Assembly: GCA_012728375.1 (NCBI GenBank)
Contig: JAAYFF010000080.1
Span: forward strand, 167-64,166
Origin: Bacillota bacterium
GTDB taxonomy: Bacteria > Bacillota > Dethiobacteria > DTU022 > UBA8154
Direction: 5' to 3'
Length of the DNA: 64,000 nt
A model generated the notes under the pieces. The model saw only the letters and a program-made list of their open reading frames with translations, was not told the origin of the DNA and made no database searches. Position 1 is the first letter of the stretch, and the number at the start of each line of letters is the position of its first letter. Shown piece by piece: positions 9,136 to 19,436 of this stretch. A program made the position numbers and the translations under genes.

Positions 9136-11073
9136 ATGCAAAAAAATAAAAAAAATGTATTGCAGGAATTCCCGGGCAGAAGTAGGGATGGGCTGAAACA
9201 GCGGGTGAAAAGCTTTTACGATATGCTTAGCGAAATATATGGCGCAGATAAATTAATCCTCAAAGCCATTAAGCTTGAAGCCCTTTCCTTGATACGCTCC
9301 AAACAGCTTGCGAAAAGAGTTCTGGGTTTACAAAAAATTATTTTAGAAGACCCGACTATGGAAAAAGTGCCATCTTTAGCGGAGCTTCCTTCTATCCTGG
9401 ACCAACTGGAGGAAAAAGCTGCGGATTATCTCGCCCACCGCACTTTTGAAGAATCCCTGGAACAAAAAATCAGCCGAAAATTACAGGAAAAACATGAAGA
9501 ATATATTCGCGAAGTAAAAAAACAATTGTTAAAAGAGGAGGGGGGACCGGAAAATCCGCAGACTCTTAAAAAATATGCTTGGGTGGAGAAAATGCACTCT
9601 ACTTCCCTGTCCGGCTCAGCAATGGATTTTTTGCGCCCTTCTTCCCTTGAAGAAATTGTCGGCCAGGAAAAAGGAATCAGGGCTTTAATGTCCAAACTGG
9701 CTTCTCCGTTTCCCCAGCACCTGATTATTTACGGCCCTCCGGGAATTGGCAAGACAGCCGCAGCAAGGCTGGCCCTTGAAGCAGCTAAAAAAATGCCTGA
9801 TACACCATTCAGTCCGGAGGCACCCTTTGTAGAAGTTGATGCTACGACTCTGCGCTGGGATCCAAGAGAAACAACCAATCCGCTTTTGGGGTCGGTTCAT
9901 GATCCAATTTATCAGGGGGCCAGAAGGGATTTAAGTGAGGGGGGTATTCCCGAGCCCAAGCCGGGGCTTGTTACCGAGGCACATACGGGAGTGCTTTTCA
10001 TTGACGAAATAGGAGAAATGGACCCGTACCTCCAGAGCAAACTGTTAAAAGTCCTTGAAGATAAAAAGGTTTTTTTTGATTCTGCTTATTATGATCCGTC
10101 GGATCCCCAGATACCGAAGTATATACGCAAGTTGTTCGAAGAAGGAGCACCGGCAGATTTTATTCTGGTTGGGGCAACAACCAGATCTCCTGATGATATT
10201 TCTCCTGCCCTGCGGTCCCGGTGCAGTGCTGTTTACTTTGAGCCGCTTTCGCCGGAAAATATTATTGAGATTGTAAAAAATGCTGCCAAAAAGCTCAAAG
10301 TGGAGATCTCCCATGAGGCGGCTGTATTAATATCCCGCAATACCAGCGAAGGGAGAAAAAGCGTTAACTTGCTGGCGGACGCCTACGGGCTGGCCAGGTA
10401 TATGCGCTATCTGGATAATCTGGACCGGAAGAAGCAAAAAAAAGAAAAAGATGAAATATATATTTCCGAAGAACTTGTCAAAGAAGTTATCCGAAGCAAT
10501 CGCCTCGTTCCGGCTGTTTTACCTGAGACGTCCGTTCCGCAAGTGGGCAAGATCCACGGGCTGGCGGCTGCAGGCTATCTTGGAAGTATCCTGGAAATTG
10601 AGGTAGTTTCCTTTCCTGCCGCGGAGGCCGGCAAAGGAAAGATACGCTTTAATGAAGCAGCGGGAACGATGGCGCGGGATTCGGTCTATAATGCCGCGTC
10701 TGTTTTGCGCAAGCTTACCGGAGTGGATATCAGCGCCTATGATCTTCATTTTAATGTGGTGGGAGGCGGCAATATTGACGGCCCGTCAGCCGGTGCCGCC
10801 CTTTTTTTGGCCCTTTACAGTGCGTTAATGCAAATACCCTTGCGGCAGGATATTGCAGTTAGCGGTGAACTTTCTTTACAGGGCAAAATAAAACCGGTAG
10901 GGGGTTTATTTGAAAAACTTTATGGCGCACGGGTTGCAGGCATTAAAATTGTTTGCCTTCCCGGCGAAAACCAGTGCGAATTGCCTACTTCGTTTCAGGA
11001 TATGGAAATTATTTATGTGGATTGCGTCGAAGAATTGCTGTCCAAGATACTGGTAAGGGAGTGCTCCAGATGA
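9136..11073 (+). CDS. Lon-like AAA+ protease (LonC-type: AAA module plus C-terminal S16 Lon protease domain)
   Basis: Walker A 'GPPGIGKT' and Walker B 'VLFIDEIGEMD'. Lon Ser-Lys dyad region 'DGPSAGAA...LQGKIKPVGGLFEKL'. Start uncertain: the ORF opens at TTG 9064 inside rplI, and the first ATG is at 9136. Confidence 0.75.
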   Translation: MQKNKKNVLQEFPGRSRDGLKQRVKSFYDMLSEIYGADKLILKAIKLEALSLIRSKQLAKRVLGLQKIILEDPTMEKVPSLAELPSILDQLEEKAADYLAHRTFEESLEQKISRKLQEKHEEYIREVKKQLLKEEGGPENPQTLKKYAWVEKMHSTSLSGSAMDFLRPSSLEEIVGQEKGIRALMSKLASPFPQHLIIYGPPGIGKTAAARLALEAAKKMPDTPFSPEAPFVEVDATTLRWDPRETTNPLLGSVHDPIYQGARRDLSEGGIPEPKPGLVTEAHTGVLFIDEIGEMDPYLQSKLLKVLEDKKVFFDSAYYDPSDPQIPKYIRKLFEEGAPADFILVGATTRSPDDISPALRSRCSAVYFEPLSPENIIEIVKNAAKKLKVEISHEAAVLISRNTSEGRKSVNLLADAYGLARYMRYLDNLDRKKQKKEKDEIYISEELVKEVIRSNRLVPAVLPETSVPQVGKIHGLAAAGYLGSILEIEVVSFPAAEAGKGKIRFNEAAGTMARDSVYNAASVLRKLTGVDISAYDLHFNVVGGGNIDGPSAGAALFLALYSALMQIPLRQDIAVSGELSLQGKIKPVGGLFEKLYGARVAGIKIVCLPGENQCELPTSFQDMEIIYVDCVEELLSKILVRECSR

Positions 11074-12410
11074 ATCAAGAGGTGTCTCAAAAATTACCTC
11101 CGCAAAATTTGGAGGCAGAGCAGTCCGTTCTAGGCTCTATGCTTATCGACAAGGATGCTCTTTTAGAAGTTGGAGAGATACTGACATCTGAAGACTTTTA
11201 TCGGGAAGTTCATCAGGAAATTTTTCGAGCAATTATGCATCTTGCTGACAAAAATGAACCTGTGGATCTGGTAACAATCTGTGAAGAGCTTGAGAAAAAA
11301 AACATCTTGGAAAAAGTGGGAGGAGCAGCGTACCTGGCAACTCTGGCCAATATAACACCAACAGCCGCGCATGCCGCATATTATGCGCAGATCGTACGGG
11401 AAAAAGCAATTTTGCGCCGGTTAATACGAACTGCAACAGAAATTGTGGCCAAGAGTTATGATTATGTGGAAAATGTGGAAGAGTTCCTGGATGAAGCGGA
11501 ACAGGCTATCTTTGAAGTGGCCAGGAGAAAGGACAGCAGAACTTTTGTTCCCCTTAAAGAAGCCCTGGAGGAAACTTTTGAAAAATTAGATCAGCTTAAA
11601 CAAAAAAAAGGCGGAATAACCGGTTTGGCCACGGGTTTTTTTGAACTTGACAATCTTACCTCCGGGCTTCAGGATTCCGATCTCATTATTGTTGCAGCGC
11701 GCCCGAGCATGGGGAAAACGACGCTGGCATTAAATATTGCCCAGGAGATTACCGTTAACAACAAGAAGCCTGTGGCTTTTTTCAGCCTGGAGATGTCCAG
11801 GGAACAATTAGCCCAGAGGTTGCTCTGCTCGTATGGTGAAATAGACGCCCAACGCCTGCGGAGAGGGTTTCTTTCTGCTGATGAATGGCCGAAAATTGCC
11901 AGGGCTGTGGGGCCTCTGTCTGAAGCTCCCCTTTATATTGATGATACCGCGGCTATCTCTGTTATGGAAATGAGGGCCAAAGCGCGCCGTCTGAAAATGG
12001 AAAAAGGTCTGTCCGCAATTTTTGTAGATTATCTGCAGCTGATGAAAAGTCAGGAAAAAGCAGAAAACAGGCAACAGGAAATATCGGCCATTTCCCGTTC
12101 CCTGAAAGCGCTGGCCAAGGAGCTTAATTGCCCGGTCGTGGCTCTTTCACAGTTGAGCCGGGCTGTGGAGCAGAGGGTGGACAAGCGTCCCATTTTGAGC
12201 GATCTGCTGGAATCGGGAGGTATTGAAGCCAACGCAGATGTGGTCCTATTTATTTATCGGGATGATTATTATTATCCTGAAACGGAGAAAAAGCATATTG
12301 CAGAAATTATTGTCTCCAAGCAGAGAAACGGTCCCACCGGAAAATTTGAACTTTACTTTATGGATCACTTCAATAAATTTTTGAATCTCACCAATCGGGA
12401 AGAGGAATGA
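11070..12410 (+). CDS. dnaB: Replicative DNA helicase DnaB (dnaC of Bacillus)
   Basis: N-terminus 'PPQNLEAEQSVLGSML'. Walker A 'ARPSMGKTT'. ATGA start/stop overlap with the upstream Lon-like gene. Confidence 0.93.
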   Translation: MNQEVSQKLPPQNLEAEQSVLGSMLIDKDALLEVGEILTSEDFYREVHQEIFRAIMHLADKNEPVDLVTICEELEKKNILEKVGGAAYLATLANITPTAAHAAYYAQIVREKAILRRLIRTATEIVAKSYDYVENVEEFLDEAEQAIFEVARRKDSRTFVPLKEALEETFEKLDQLKQKKGGITGLATGFFELDNLTSGLQDSDLIIVAARPSMGKTTLALNIAQEITVNNKKPVAFFSLEMSREQLAQRLLCSYGEIDAQRLRRGFLSADEWPKIARAVGPLSEAPLYIDDTAAISVMEMRAKARRLKMEKGLSAIFVDYLQLMKSQEKAENRQQEISAISRSLKALAKELNCPVVALSQLSRAVEQRVDKRPILSDLLESGGIEANADVVLFIYRDDYYYPETEKKHIAEIIVSKQRNGPTGKFELYFMDHFNKFLNLTNREEE

Positions 12411-12536
12411 TATTAGCACTGAGGTGAAGATGTTAATGTTGCCGAGAGCCAAGGGAATCTCCTGACGCTCCCGGCAGAGATTAGTTCTGCTATGGCAATG
12501 AAAGACCGGAACATTTTCCCTCCCAAGTACATATTC

Positions 12537-12568
12537 TAGAAAAATTTAGAAAAATGATCTAGAAAAAT
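12537..12568. repeat. Three direct repeats of TAGAAAAAT (starts 12537, 12547, 12560) in the 487-bp dnaB-M23 intergenic region
   Basis: Seen directly in the sequence. Roughly helical phasing of 10 and 13 bp. Confidence 0.6.
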
Positions 12569-12897
12569 GCCTTCCTGTTTAGCGGTTTTTAACAGCTGGA
12601 AGGCAGATATTTCGCAAACTAAGTCTTTAGAGGACCTGCCTTTTGGAAAGCTGCTTATGTATCTTCGGAGGTAGGAGGAAATTTTGCGTCAAAGTGTCTC
12701 TGGTATCTGTAAGTTCCCGGTGGAGCAAACAATTTTTTTACTGATATTTTTTAAAAAAATTTAATTATTTTAGTAATCCTGGCAGGAATTTCTCTCCTTA
12801 AAGCGAATTAGTAACTTTGTTGTTAATTTACCTTAACAATTTAACATGCGCTGTATCATTTTTTTTCGCGGGGGCTTTAAGCGAGGAGGGTTTTTAG

Positions 12898-14288
12898 TGA
12901 AACTGTCAAGGATGAAGGTGTTAGCAAATTTTGACGGAAAGGGAGTCGGCTGGTTCGCGCCGATCCTTTTTTTCCTTATTAGCAGCGTTATTCTTTCTGG
13001 GGGAATGCATTTCTTCCTTTTGCAAAAAGGCGAATTTTTCATGGTAAAATTAAACGATATGGAAATCGGATTGCTGGCCGGCGAGGATGATTTGGCGGAA
13101 ATTTTGGACACGCTTGAAAAAGAAGCCGCCAATTATTACGGCAGGCCTGTCAAAGTTAATGAAGAGGTAACAGCCACTAAGGTTTTTCTTCCGTTGGCAG
13201 AAGAAGAACCGGAGAAAGTGTATGCACAACTCCGCAATATGCTCAGCTATAAAGTAGCGGCGCGCATGGTGACTGTCAATGGAAAAGATGTTCTGCCCCT
13301 TTCTTCGGATGCGGATGTAGATCTTTTGTATGAAATGGTGGCAAGCGCTTTTATTCCTCAAAAAGAGAATGTTTTGTTGGAAAATATTCAGCTGTCTGAA
13401 AAGATCTCCACCCGGGAGTATTATTGTTCTCCGGAGGATATTTGCGACGTGGAAACGTTAGCTGCAGTTCTGTTAAGGGGCACAGACCGCAGAGAAGTAT
13501 ATCTTGTTTCCCGGGGAGATTCCCTGTGGAAAATTGCGCAGGAAAACAGTCTTTCCGTCGATGAATTGAAAGAGGCCAATCCACAGATAGACGGAGAAAA
13601 ATTGCAAATTGGAGATGAAATTAATCTAATTGTTCCGGAACCGATGGTTAATGTCACTACCGTTGAAAGATTGACCGTTGAAGAAAAAATACCTTTTGAA
13701 ACAAATTACACTTATGACAGTACGTTATGGAAGATGCAAAGCCAAGTTATTGAAGAAGGTAAACATGGGGTTAAAGAGGTTGAATATCAGATTACCCGCG
13801 AAAATGGGAAAGAAATCTCCCGGGAAATTATTAAGGAAAGGGTCATTGAAGAACCTAAACCACAGCTTGTGGCTAAGGGGATTGCGGAGATTCCTTCCAA
13901 GGAAACCGGGAGTTTTATTTGGCCTGTGCAAGGAGGCGGCCGTATAACCTCCGGCTATGGTTGGCGCAGCGGGGGCTTCCACGCCGGAATTGACATCGGG
14001 GCGCGCAGCGGGACGCCCGTGCTGGCTGCCGACAGCGGTGTTGTAGTCTTTGAAGGCTGGGACGGAGGCTATGGAAAGTCCATTGTTATCTTTCATGGAC
14101 ATTATTATACCCGCTATGCTCATAATTCCCAAAATAAAGTTACTGTCGGTCAGGCGGTAAACAAGGGCCAGGTAATCGCCAGTGTGGGGATTACGGGAAG
14201 GGCGACAGGTTATCATTTGCACTTTGAAGTACGGACAGGAGGAATTTATGGCAATACGTTGAATCCCCTTAATTTCTTCAGCCCGTAA
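12898..14288 (+). CDS. LysM domain-containing M23 metallopeptidase (membrane anchored)
   Basis: GTG 12898 with GAGGAGGG RBS is preferred over ATG 12846. N-terminal TM segment. LysM 'SRGDSLWKIAQENSLSVDELKEANP'. M23 'FHAGIDIG' and 'HLHFEV'. Confidence 0.8.
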
Positions 14289-14325
14289 ACGTAAAAAATG
14301 CAATGTCACGGGAAAATAATTCTAT

Positions 14326-14342
14326 TGTAATATTCCTGTAAT
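14326..14342. promoter_or_regulatory. WalR-type direct repeat TGTAAT-N5-TGTAAT
   Basis: Exact match to the B. subtilis WalR consensus TGTWAH-N5-TGTWAH. Lies 170 bp upstream of walR and 38 bp downstream of the LysM-M23 gene stop. Confidence 0.45.
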
Positions 14343-14513
14343 AATGGGGGGGCAAAATATAATTATGAGTTGACCCCCTCTTTAAATATATATTCGGACG
14401 TGGCCTTTAGACGGTCACGTTTTTTTTTGTTGCAGAAACTCGCGTGAAGAAGGAGATTTTTCGCGGTGGACGAAATAGTTATGTAAATAAAGAAACTAAA
14501 GGGAGTTTATTTT

Positions 14514-15197
14514 GTGAAAGATAAAATTCTTGTCGTTGATGACGAAAAGCCAATTGCCGAAATAATTAGATACAACCTGGAAGAAGAAGGATTTGAGGTT
14601 CTGGTCGCATTCGACGGTGCTGAAGCATTGCGGCTGGCCTTTGAAGAAAAACCGGCCTTAATTCTTCTGGATATTATGCTGCCTCGCATTGACGGGTTTA
14701 GCGTTTGCCGACGAATACGCCAGAAAATGGATGTACCCATTATTATGCTTACTGCAAGGGAATCGGAGATCGATAAAGTAATGGGTTTGGAAATCGGGGC
14801 TGATGATTATGTTACAAAACCCTTCAGCGCCCGAGAACTAATTGCCAGGATCAAGGCTGCTCTTCGCCGCGTCAAAATGCAGGAGGCCTCTTCGCAGGAG
14901 TTGAAATGCGGTGAATTGTCCCTTGATTCCGGCAAAATGCAGGTTAAAAAAGGCGACCGCCGGATTGAGCTGACATATCTGGAATTTAAACTTCTGGAGT
15001 TTTTGCTGCAGAATGTGGGTTATGTCTTTACCCGGGAGAAACTTCTGGAAAAAGTATGGGGCTTTGATTATACCGGTGATATCCGGACTGTGGATGTTAC
15101 CATCAGAAGGCTGAGGGAAAAGATTGAGGATGACGCGGGCAATCCGGTTTATCTTTGTACCAAACGCGGTGCGGGATATTACCTGAGGGGGATGTAG
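14514..15197 (+). CDS. walR: OmpR-family response regulator WalR (YycF)
   Basis: GTG start. 'KILVVDDEKPIAEII...' is near-identical in pattern to B. subtilis WalR. Winged-helix C-terminus. Confidence 0.88.
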   Translation: MKDKILVVDDEKPIAEIIRYNLEEEGFEVLVAFDGAEALRLAFEEKPALILLDIMLPRIDGFSVCRRIRQKMDVPIIMLTARESEIDKVMGLEIGADDYVTKPFSARELIARIKAALRRVKMQEASSQELKCGELSLDSGKMQVKKGDRRIELTYLEFKLLEFLLQNVGYVFTREKLLEKVWGFDYTGDIRTVDVTIRRLREKIEDDAGNPVYLCTKRGAGYYLRGM

Positions 15198-15198
15198 C

Positions 15199-16977
15199 AT
15201 GCGCATAGGCATGCAGGGGAAGATTGTTTTTGTCTATTCCTTGCTGATTCTTTTTGCAATGCAATTAAGCGGGGTGTATCTGGTTAAATCGCTGGAAAAT
15301 TATTATTTGCGCAATTTTGCCGCGGGGCAGGTGTTGCAGGCTGAACTTCTGAGCAGCTTTATCCTGAGGTACCTGATTGAAGATGAACAGCAGAGCGATT
15401 TAATTTCCTCCCTTATTGTCGAATTCGAGGGAAATGTCCAGGGAACTGAAACAATGGTCTTGGACCGTAACGGGCGTCTGTTGGGAAAATCTGACCGGAG
15501 TGTTTCCTACTCGCCCGGGGAACGGGTAATTCAGGATGATATCTTGCTGGCGTTAAGCGGCAACCGTGTAGAGGGCGTCAGGATTGATCCGGAGACAAAG
15601 ATTCGCTACCATACCCTTGCCCTTCCTATTAAAGACGGTGCCTCGGTAGTTGGGGTCGTCTATTTGACAGGCTCGCTGGAGACAATTTATATGACCCTGC
15701 GGGAAATTAAAGTTATGCTCATCACCGGGTGGATAATAGTATTAGCTATTGCCATTGTGATTAGTTTTATGTTAACGCGAACCATAACCCTGCCTATCCG
15801 GGGATTAACCAAACGTGCCGCAGCAATGGCCGGGGGGGACTTTTCCCAGCTGATCGATGTCCATTCTAATGACGAAATAGGCGAGCTGGCCGGAACGTTT
15901 AACTTTTTAACAACCAGATTGAAAGAAACATTACAGGAGATCTCTGCAGAGAAAAATAAAGTTGAGACTTTGTTAAAATATCTGAGAGACGGTATTATCG
16001 CCATAAATAAGGAAGGGGAAATAATCCACCTCAACCCGGCGGCGCAAGAGCTGTTAAAGTTTACCGGCGTGCAGGCAGAACCAGAATCCTCCGGGAAGGA
16101 AATTCTTAGGAAATTTTTTAGCAATGGAGAAGTAGAGGAATTGTTGTCCAGCAAGGTTTCGCAAACCAAAGAAGTTGAGTTGGAAGTGGACGGAGAAAAA
16201 ATATTGCAGATGCATATTGCACCGATCAAGGAGAGCGAGCATTTACAAGGTTATCTGCTTGTTCTTCATGATGTAACCAAAGAAAGAGCCTTTTCCCGGC
16301 TTCAGCAGGAATTTGTGGCCGATGTCTCCCACGAGCTTAGAACGCCCCTGACAACAATTAAGAGTTATGTGGAAACATTATTAAACGGCGCCCAGGAAAA
16401 CCCCCTTATCAGGGGGCGTTTTTTACAGGTGCTGGAAAAAGAGACAGAGCGGATGGTGAAATTGGTCCGCGACTTGCTGGTCCTTTCTCAACTGGACTAC
16501 CAAAAGGCAAATTGGACCAGGGAAAAGAGCGACCTGATAACGCTGGTTGAAGAAGTTCTGGAACAAATTGAGATGGAGGCAAAAAGCAAAGGCATTAATT
16601 TGAGGAGAAAAATGCCCGGAGAAAAAGTGAAAGTTTTTTTGGACAGGGATAAAATTAAACAGGTAATTTTAAATTTACTGGACAACGCCGTTAAATTTAC
16701 CCCCTCTGGAGGCCGCGTGGATGTAGAGGTAACTAAAGACGAATCTTTTGCTTTTGTTTCTATCCGGGATACGGGGATCGGTATTCCTGCAGAAGATATT
16801 CCCCGGGTTTTTGACAGATTTTACCGCGTCGATAAAACGCGTTCCAGGGAATCCGGCGGAACCGGACTGGGGCTTTCCATTGCCAGAAAAATTATCCGTG
16901 CCTCCGGTGGCAAAATAACCCTAAGCAGCGTCCCGGAAAAAGGAACTGAGGTTACCTTTTCGTTGCCGCTGGCTTAA
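15199..16977 (+). CDS. walK: Sensor histidine kinase WalK (YycG)
   Basis: Two TM segments flanking an extracytoplasmic domain, then HAMP and PAS. H-box 'SHELRTPLT'. HATPase_c with G1/G2 boxes. Start overlaps the walR stop. Confidence 0.85.
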   Translation: MRIGMQGKIVFVYSLLILFAMQLSGVYLVKSLENYYLRNFAAGQVLQAELLSSFILRYLIEDEQQSDLISSLIVEFEGNVQGTETMVLDRNGRLLGKSDRSVSYSPGERVIQDDILLALSGNRVEGVRIDPETKIRYHTLALPIKDGASVVGVVYLTGSLETIYMTLREIKVMLITGWIIVLAIAIVISFMLTRTITLPIRGLTKRAAAMAGGDFSQLIDVHSNDEIGELAGTFNFLTTRLKETLQEISAEKNKVETLLKYLRDGIIAINKEGEIIHLNPAAQELLKFTGVQAEPESSGKEILRKFFSNGEVEELLSSKVSQTKEVELEVDGEKILQMHIAPIKESEHLQGYLLVLHDVTKERAFSRLQQEFVADVSHELRTPLTTIKSYVETLLNGAQENPLIRGRFLQVLEKETERMVKLVRDLLVLSQLDYQKANWTREKSDLITLVEEVLEQIEMEAKSKGINLRRKMPGEKVKVFLDRDKIKQVILNLLDNAVKFTPSGGRVDVEVTKDESFAFVSIRDTGIGIPAEDIPRVFDRFYRVDKTRSRESGGTGLGLSIARKIIRASGGKITLSSVPEKGTEVTFSLPLA

Positions 16978-17009
16978 AACGTATCCTGCATCAACTTAAG
17001 CCGTTCGGG

Positions 17010-18488
17010 GTGGAATTTGATATGATGGAAAAAATAAAAAGCGGAGTTCTTGCTTTCTTAATTATCTTGAGCATGGGGTTAACCTATCGCCTTTGGTTTG
17101 GGGCACCTCCGCTGGAAGAGGGCATCAAGCCCAAGTATGAGGATGCTTATTTTACGGCTCCCCTTTCCCTGGAAGAAATTATTGCTCCGGCGGAAATAAT
17201 TTTTTGGAAGGAAGAAGAGAAAGAAAAAGAACATGTCTTCCGCCGCGGGGAAAAAGAATTTGTTCGCCTCTTGGCAGCAGGGACTTCTGTGTTGAAGCGA
17301 GCGGACAAACAGATTCTTAGCCGCATCAACGATTCTGAGGAAGAAGCGTTGCTAAAAACGGCATCTTCGAAAATAACATTTAATTTTTCCCCTGTCTTGC
17401 CTTTAAATTTTCTTGTCCCCGGGGCGACGGCTTTGGATGTCCACAGGGCTGATATTATCCTGGAAGAACGTTATTATCATATTATCCTGGAGGGCGAAGA
17501 TAAATTTGCCGGCCGAATTTTTATGAACCTGAACGAGCAGCTGTTGAACAATCTCGTTCCGCAACGGTCCAGTTTGCACCATTGCCTTTCGGGGGTATTA
17601 ACGTTGGATCTTGCGGAATTGACCTGCAGGGAACTGCAGGAGAAAGGAAGGGAGATTATACCGCAAGGGACAGGCCTTCCTGCGGACGAGGCAAAAAAGC
17701 AGGGACAAGCGGAGGGAAAAATAAGTGCCGTTAACCCTGCCAAGGGAAATGAAAAAGAAGAAACTTCTTTTTCTCTGATAGTGGCCAATAATAGCAAGCT
17801 TTTTGTTCCCGTGGAAGAAATGCAGGCCGGGGAAATTTTGCTGAAAAAAGAAAATGTGGACAAAGAGCAATTGGTGAGGGCTTTCTTTTTTGACCCGTCA
17901 ATGGCCAGGCGTATTGAAGAACGGGACGGGGCTGTTTTTTTCACAGATGGGGAAAAAGGCCTGCGCATCTATCCCAGCGGATTAGTAGAATATACCGCGC
18001 CCAAGCTGGAACGCGTTTTTACGCCTGTGTCCTACAGCACCGCCCTGCAAAAAGGAGCGGAATACTTAGGGCTATATGGAGGGTGGCTCCCCGGTATTTA
18101 TCTGGTCCGGGCAGAGGGGCAAAGCGAAGGTTACCGGCTCTTTTGGGAAACATTTTACGAGGGTTTGCCAATCCGGGGGGAGCGTGTCGGCTGTGAAATG
18201 GCCATTAATGAACAGGGGGTTCTTTTTTACCAGCGCAATTTTTATCAATTTATAGAGGAAGTAGGAGCAAGGCAGGCTTTTCGTCCTTTTGAAGAAGCCC
18301 TCTGTCGCGCGGCGCTTATTTATAAAAAAACTTTTCCCGGCAGCGAGGGGATCCTTTTAGGAATAGAACCCGTGTATTATCTTTCTTCCGGAGGAAAAGG
18401 AACCGTTAAAGCGACCCCGGCCTGGTCCGTTTCCATTTCCGGAATGGATACAATCTATCTGCACTGGCAGACCCTCGAATCTCTTTAA
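17010..18488 (+). CDS. yycH: YycH-like two-component system regulator (N-terminal TM)
   Basis: Position after walK. N-terminal TM 'LAFLIILSMGLTYRLW' resembles YycH. Length 492 aa. Confidence 0.55.
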   Translation: MEFDMMEKIKSGVLAFLIILSMGLTYRLWFGAPPLEEGIKPKYEDAYFTAPLSLEEIIAPAEIIFWKEEEKEKEHVFRRGEKEFVRLLAAGTSVLKRADKQILSRINDSEEEALLKTASSKITFNFSPVLPLNFLVPGATALDVHRADIILEERYYHIILEGEDKFAGRIFMNLNEQLLNNLVPQRSSLHHCLSGVLTLDLAELTCRELQEKGREIIPQGTGLPADEAKKQGQAEGKISAVNPAKGNEKEETSFSLIVANNSKLFVPVEEMQAGEILLKKENVDKEQLVRAFFFDPSMARRIEERDGAVFFTDGEKGLRIYPSGLVEYTAPKLERVFTPVSYSTALQKGAEYLGLYGGWLPGIYLVRAEGQSEGYRLFWETFYEGLPIRGERVGCEMAINEQGVLFYQRNFYQFIEEVGARQAFRPFEEALCRAALIYKKTFPGSEGILLGIEPVYYLSSGGKGTVKATPAWSVSISGMDTIYLHWQTLESL

Positions 18489-18522
18489 GTTTTTACAGCG
18501 GTAAACGGCAGGTGAAACTAAA

Positions 18523-19398
18523 TTGAACCTTTCCAGGGCAAAAACGGTTCTTATCTGTACCTTTTTGGCGCTAAATATTTTTCTTTGCTACCAGCTCTGG
18601 CAGGACCAGGGATCTGGAAAATTTGAGCCTTTTGGTCAAAAAGAAGAGATCACAAAGCTGGAGAGCGCTCTTTTAAATGCCGGCCTTACCCTGGAAACAA
18701 ATCTTCCAAGGGGCACAGAACACGCAGCATATCTGATGGTAAAGCCGTGGACATTTTCTCCCCGTGAGCTTATTTTTTGTTTTTGGGAGGCCCTTGAAGG
18801 TTCAAGAAAGACGGCTCCTGAAATTAAGCATGCCGGCAGGAGTGCTGAAAAAGGATGGGAAGATAGGGCTGTCTATTTTTTTGGCAGGCATGAGCTGATC
18901 GTTAGCCGGGCAGGGCCGGCAATTTTAAATTTTCATTTTAAGGAAGAGGAAGCGAAAAAAATATATACGGAGGAGCAAGCCCGGCAACTTGTGAGCAAGA
19001 TTTTTTTTCTGCATGATTTTGTTCCCGATTATACAACCTCCGATGAAAAGGGGAAGGTTCTTTATTTCAGGCAAGAGTATGAAGGTTGTCCCCTTTATGC
19101 CGGTTATATCTCTTTTTCTTTATTTGAAAGGCACCCGTCGGTCCAGTTTTATCGTCTGGAAGTGGTGGGTTTTGCAGAGCAAAAAAGAGAAGTTATCCCT
19201 TCCTCCATGGCACTTTTGCGCTTTTTGGAAAGATATGAAGGAAGTAAAAACGAGGAAAGCATCGTTGATTTTTCCCTTGGTTATTATACCCGGGAGTATG
19301 ATGCGCAGCGCTGGGAAATTCCACCTGTATGGAGGATTAGACTTAACAATGGAGAAATATATTATATCAATGCGTTTACCGGAAATCCGGAAATTTAA
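18523..19398 (+). CDS. yycI: YycI-like two-component system regulator (N-terminal TM)
   Basis: N-terminus 'RAKTVLICTFLALNIFLCYQLW' matches the YycI pattern. Position after yycH. Confidence 0.55.
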   Translation: MNLSRAKTVLICTFLALNIFLCYQLWQDQGSGKFEPFGQKEEITKLESALLNAGLTLETNLPRGTEHAAYLMVKPWTFSPRELIFCFWEALEGSRKTAPEIKHAGRSAEKGWEDRAVYFFGRHELIVSRAGPAILNFHFKEEEAKKIYTEEQARQLVSKIFFLHDFVPDYTTSDEKGKVLYFRQEYEGCPLYAGYISFSLFERHPSVQFYRLEVVGFAEQKREVIPSSMALLRFLERYEGSKNEESIVDFSLGYYTREYDAQRWEIPPVWRIRLNNGEIYYINAFTGNPEI

Positions 19399-19436
19399 AC
19401 AGTGTGGACAAGATATCTCCTTAAGGGGGCTTTCCT

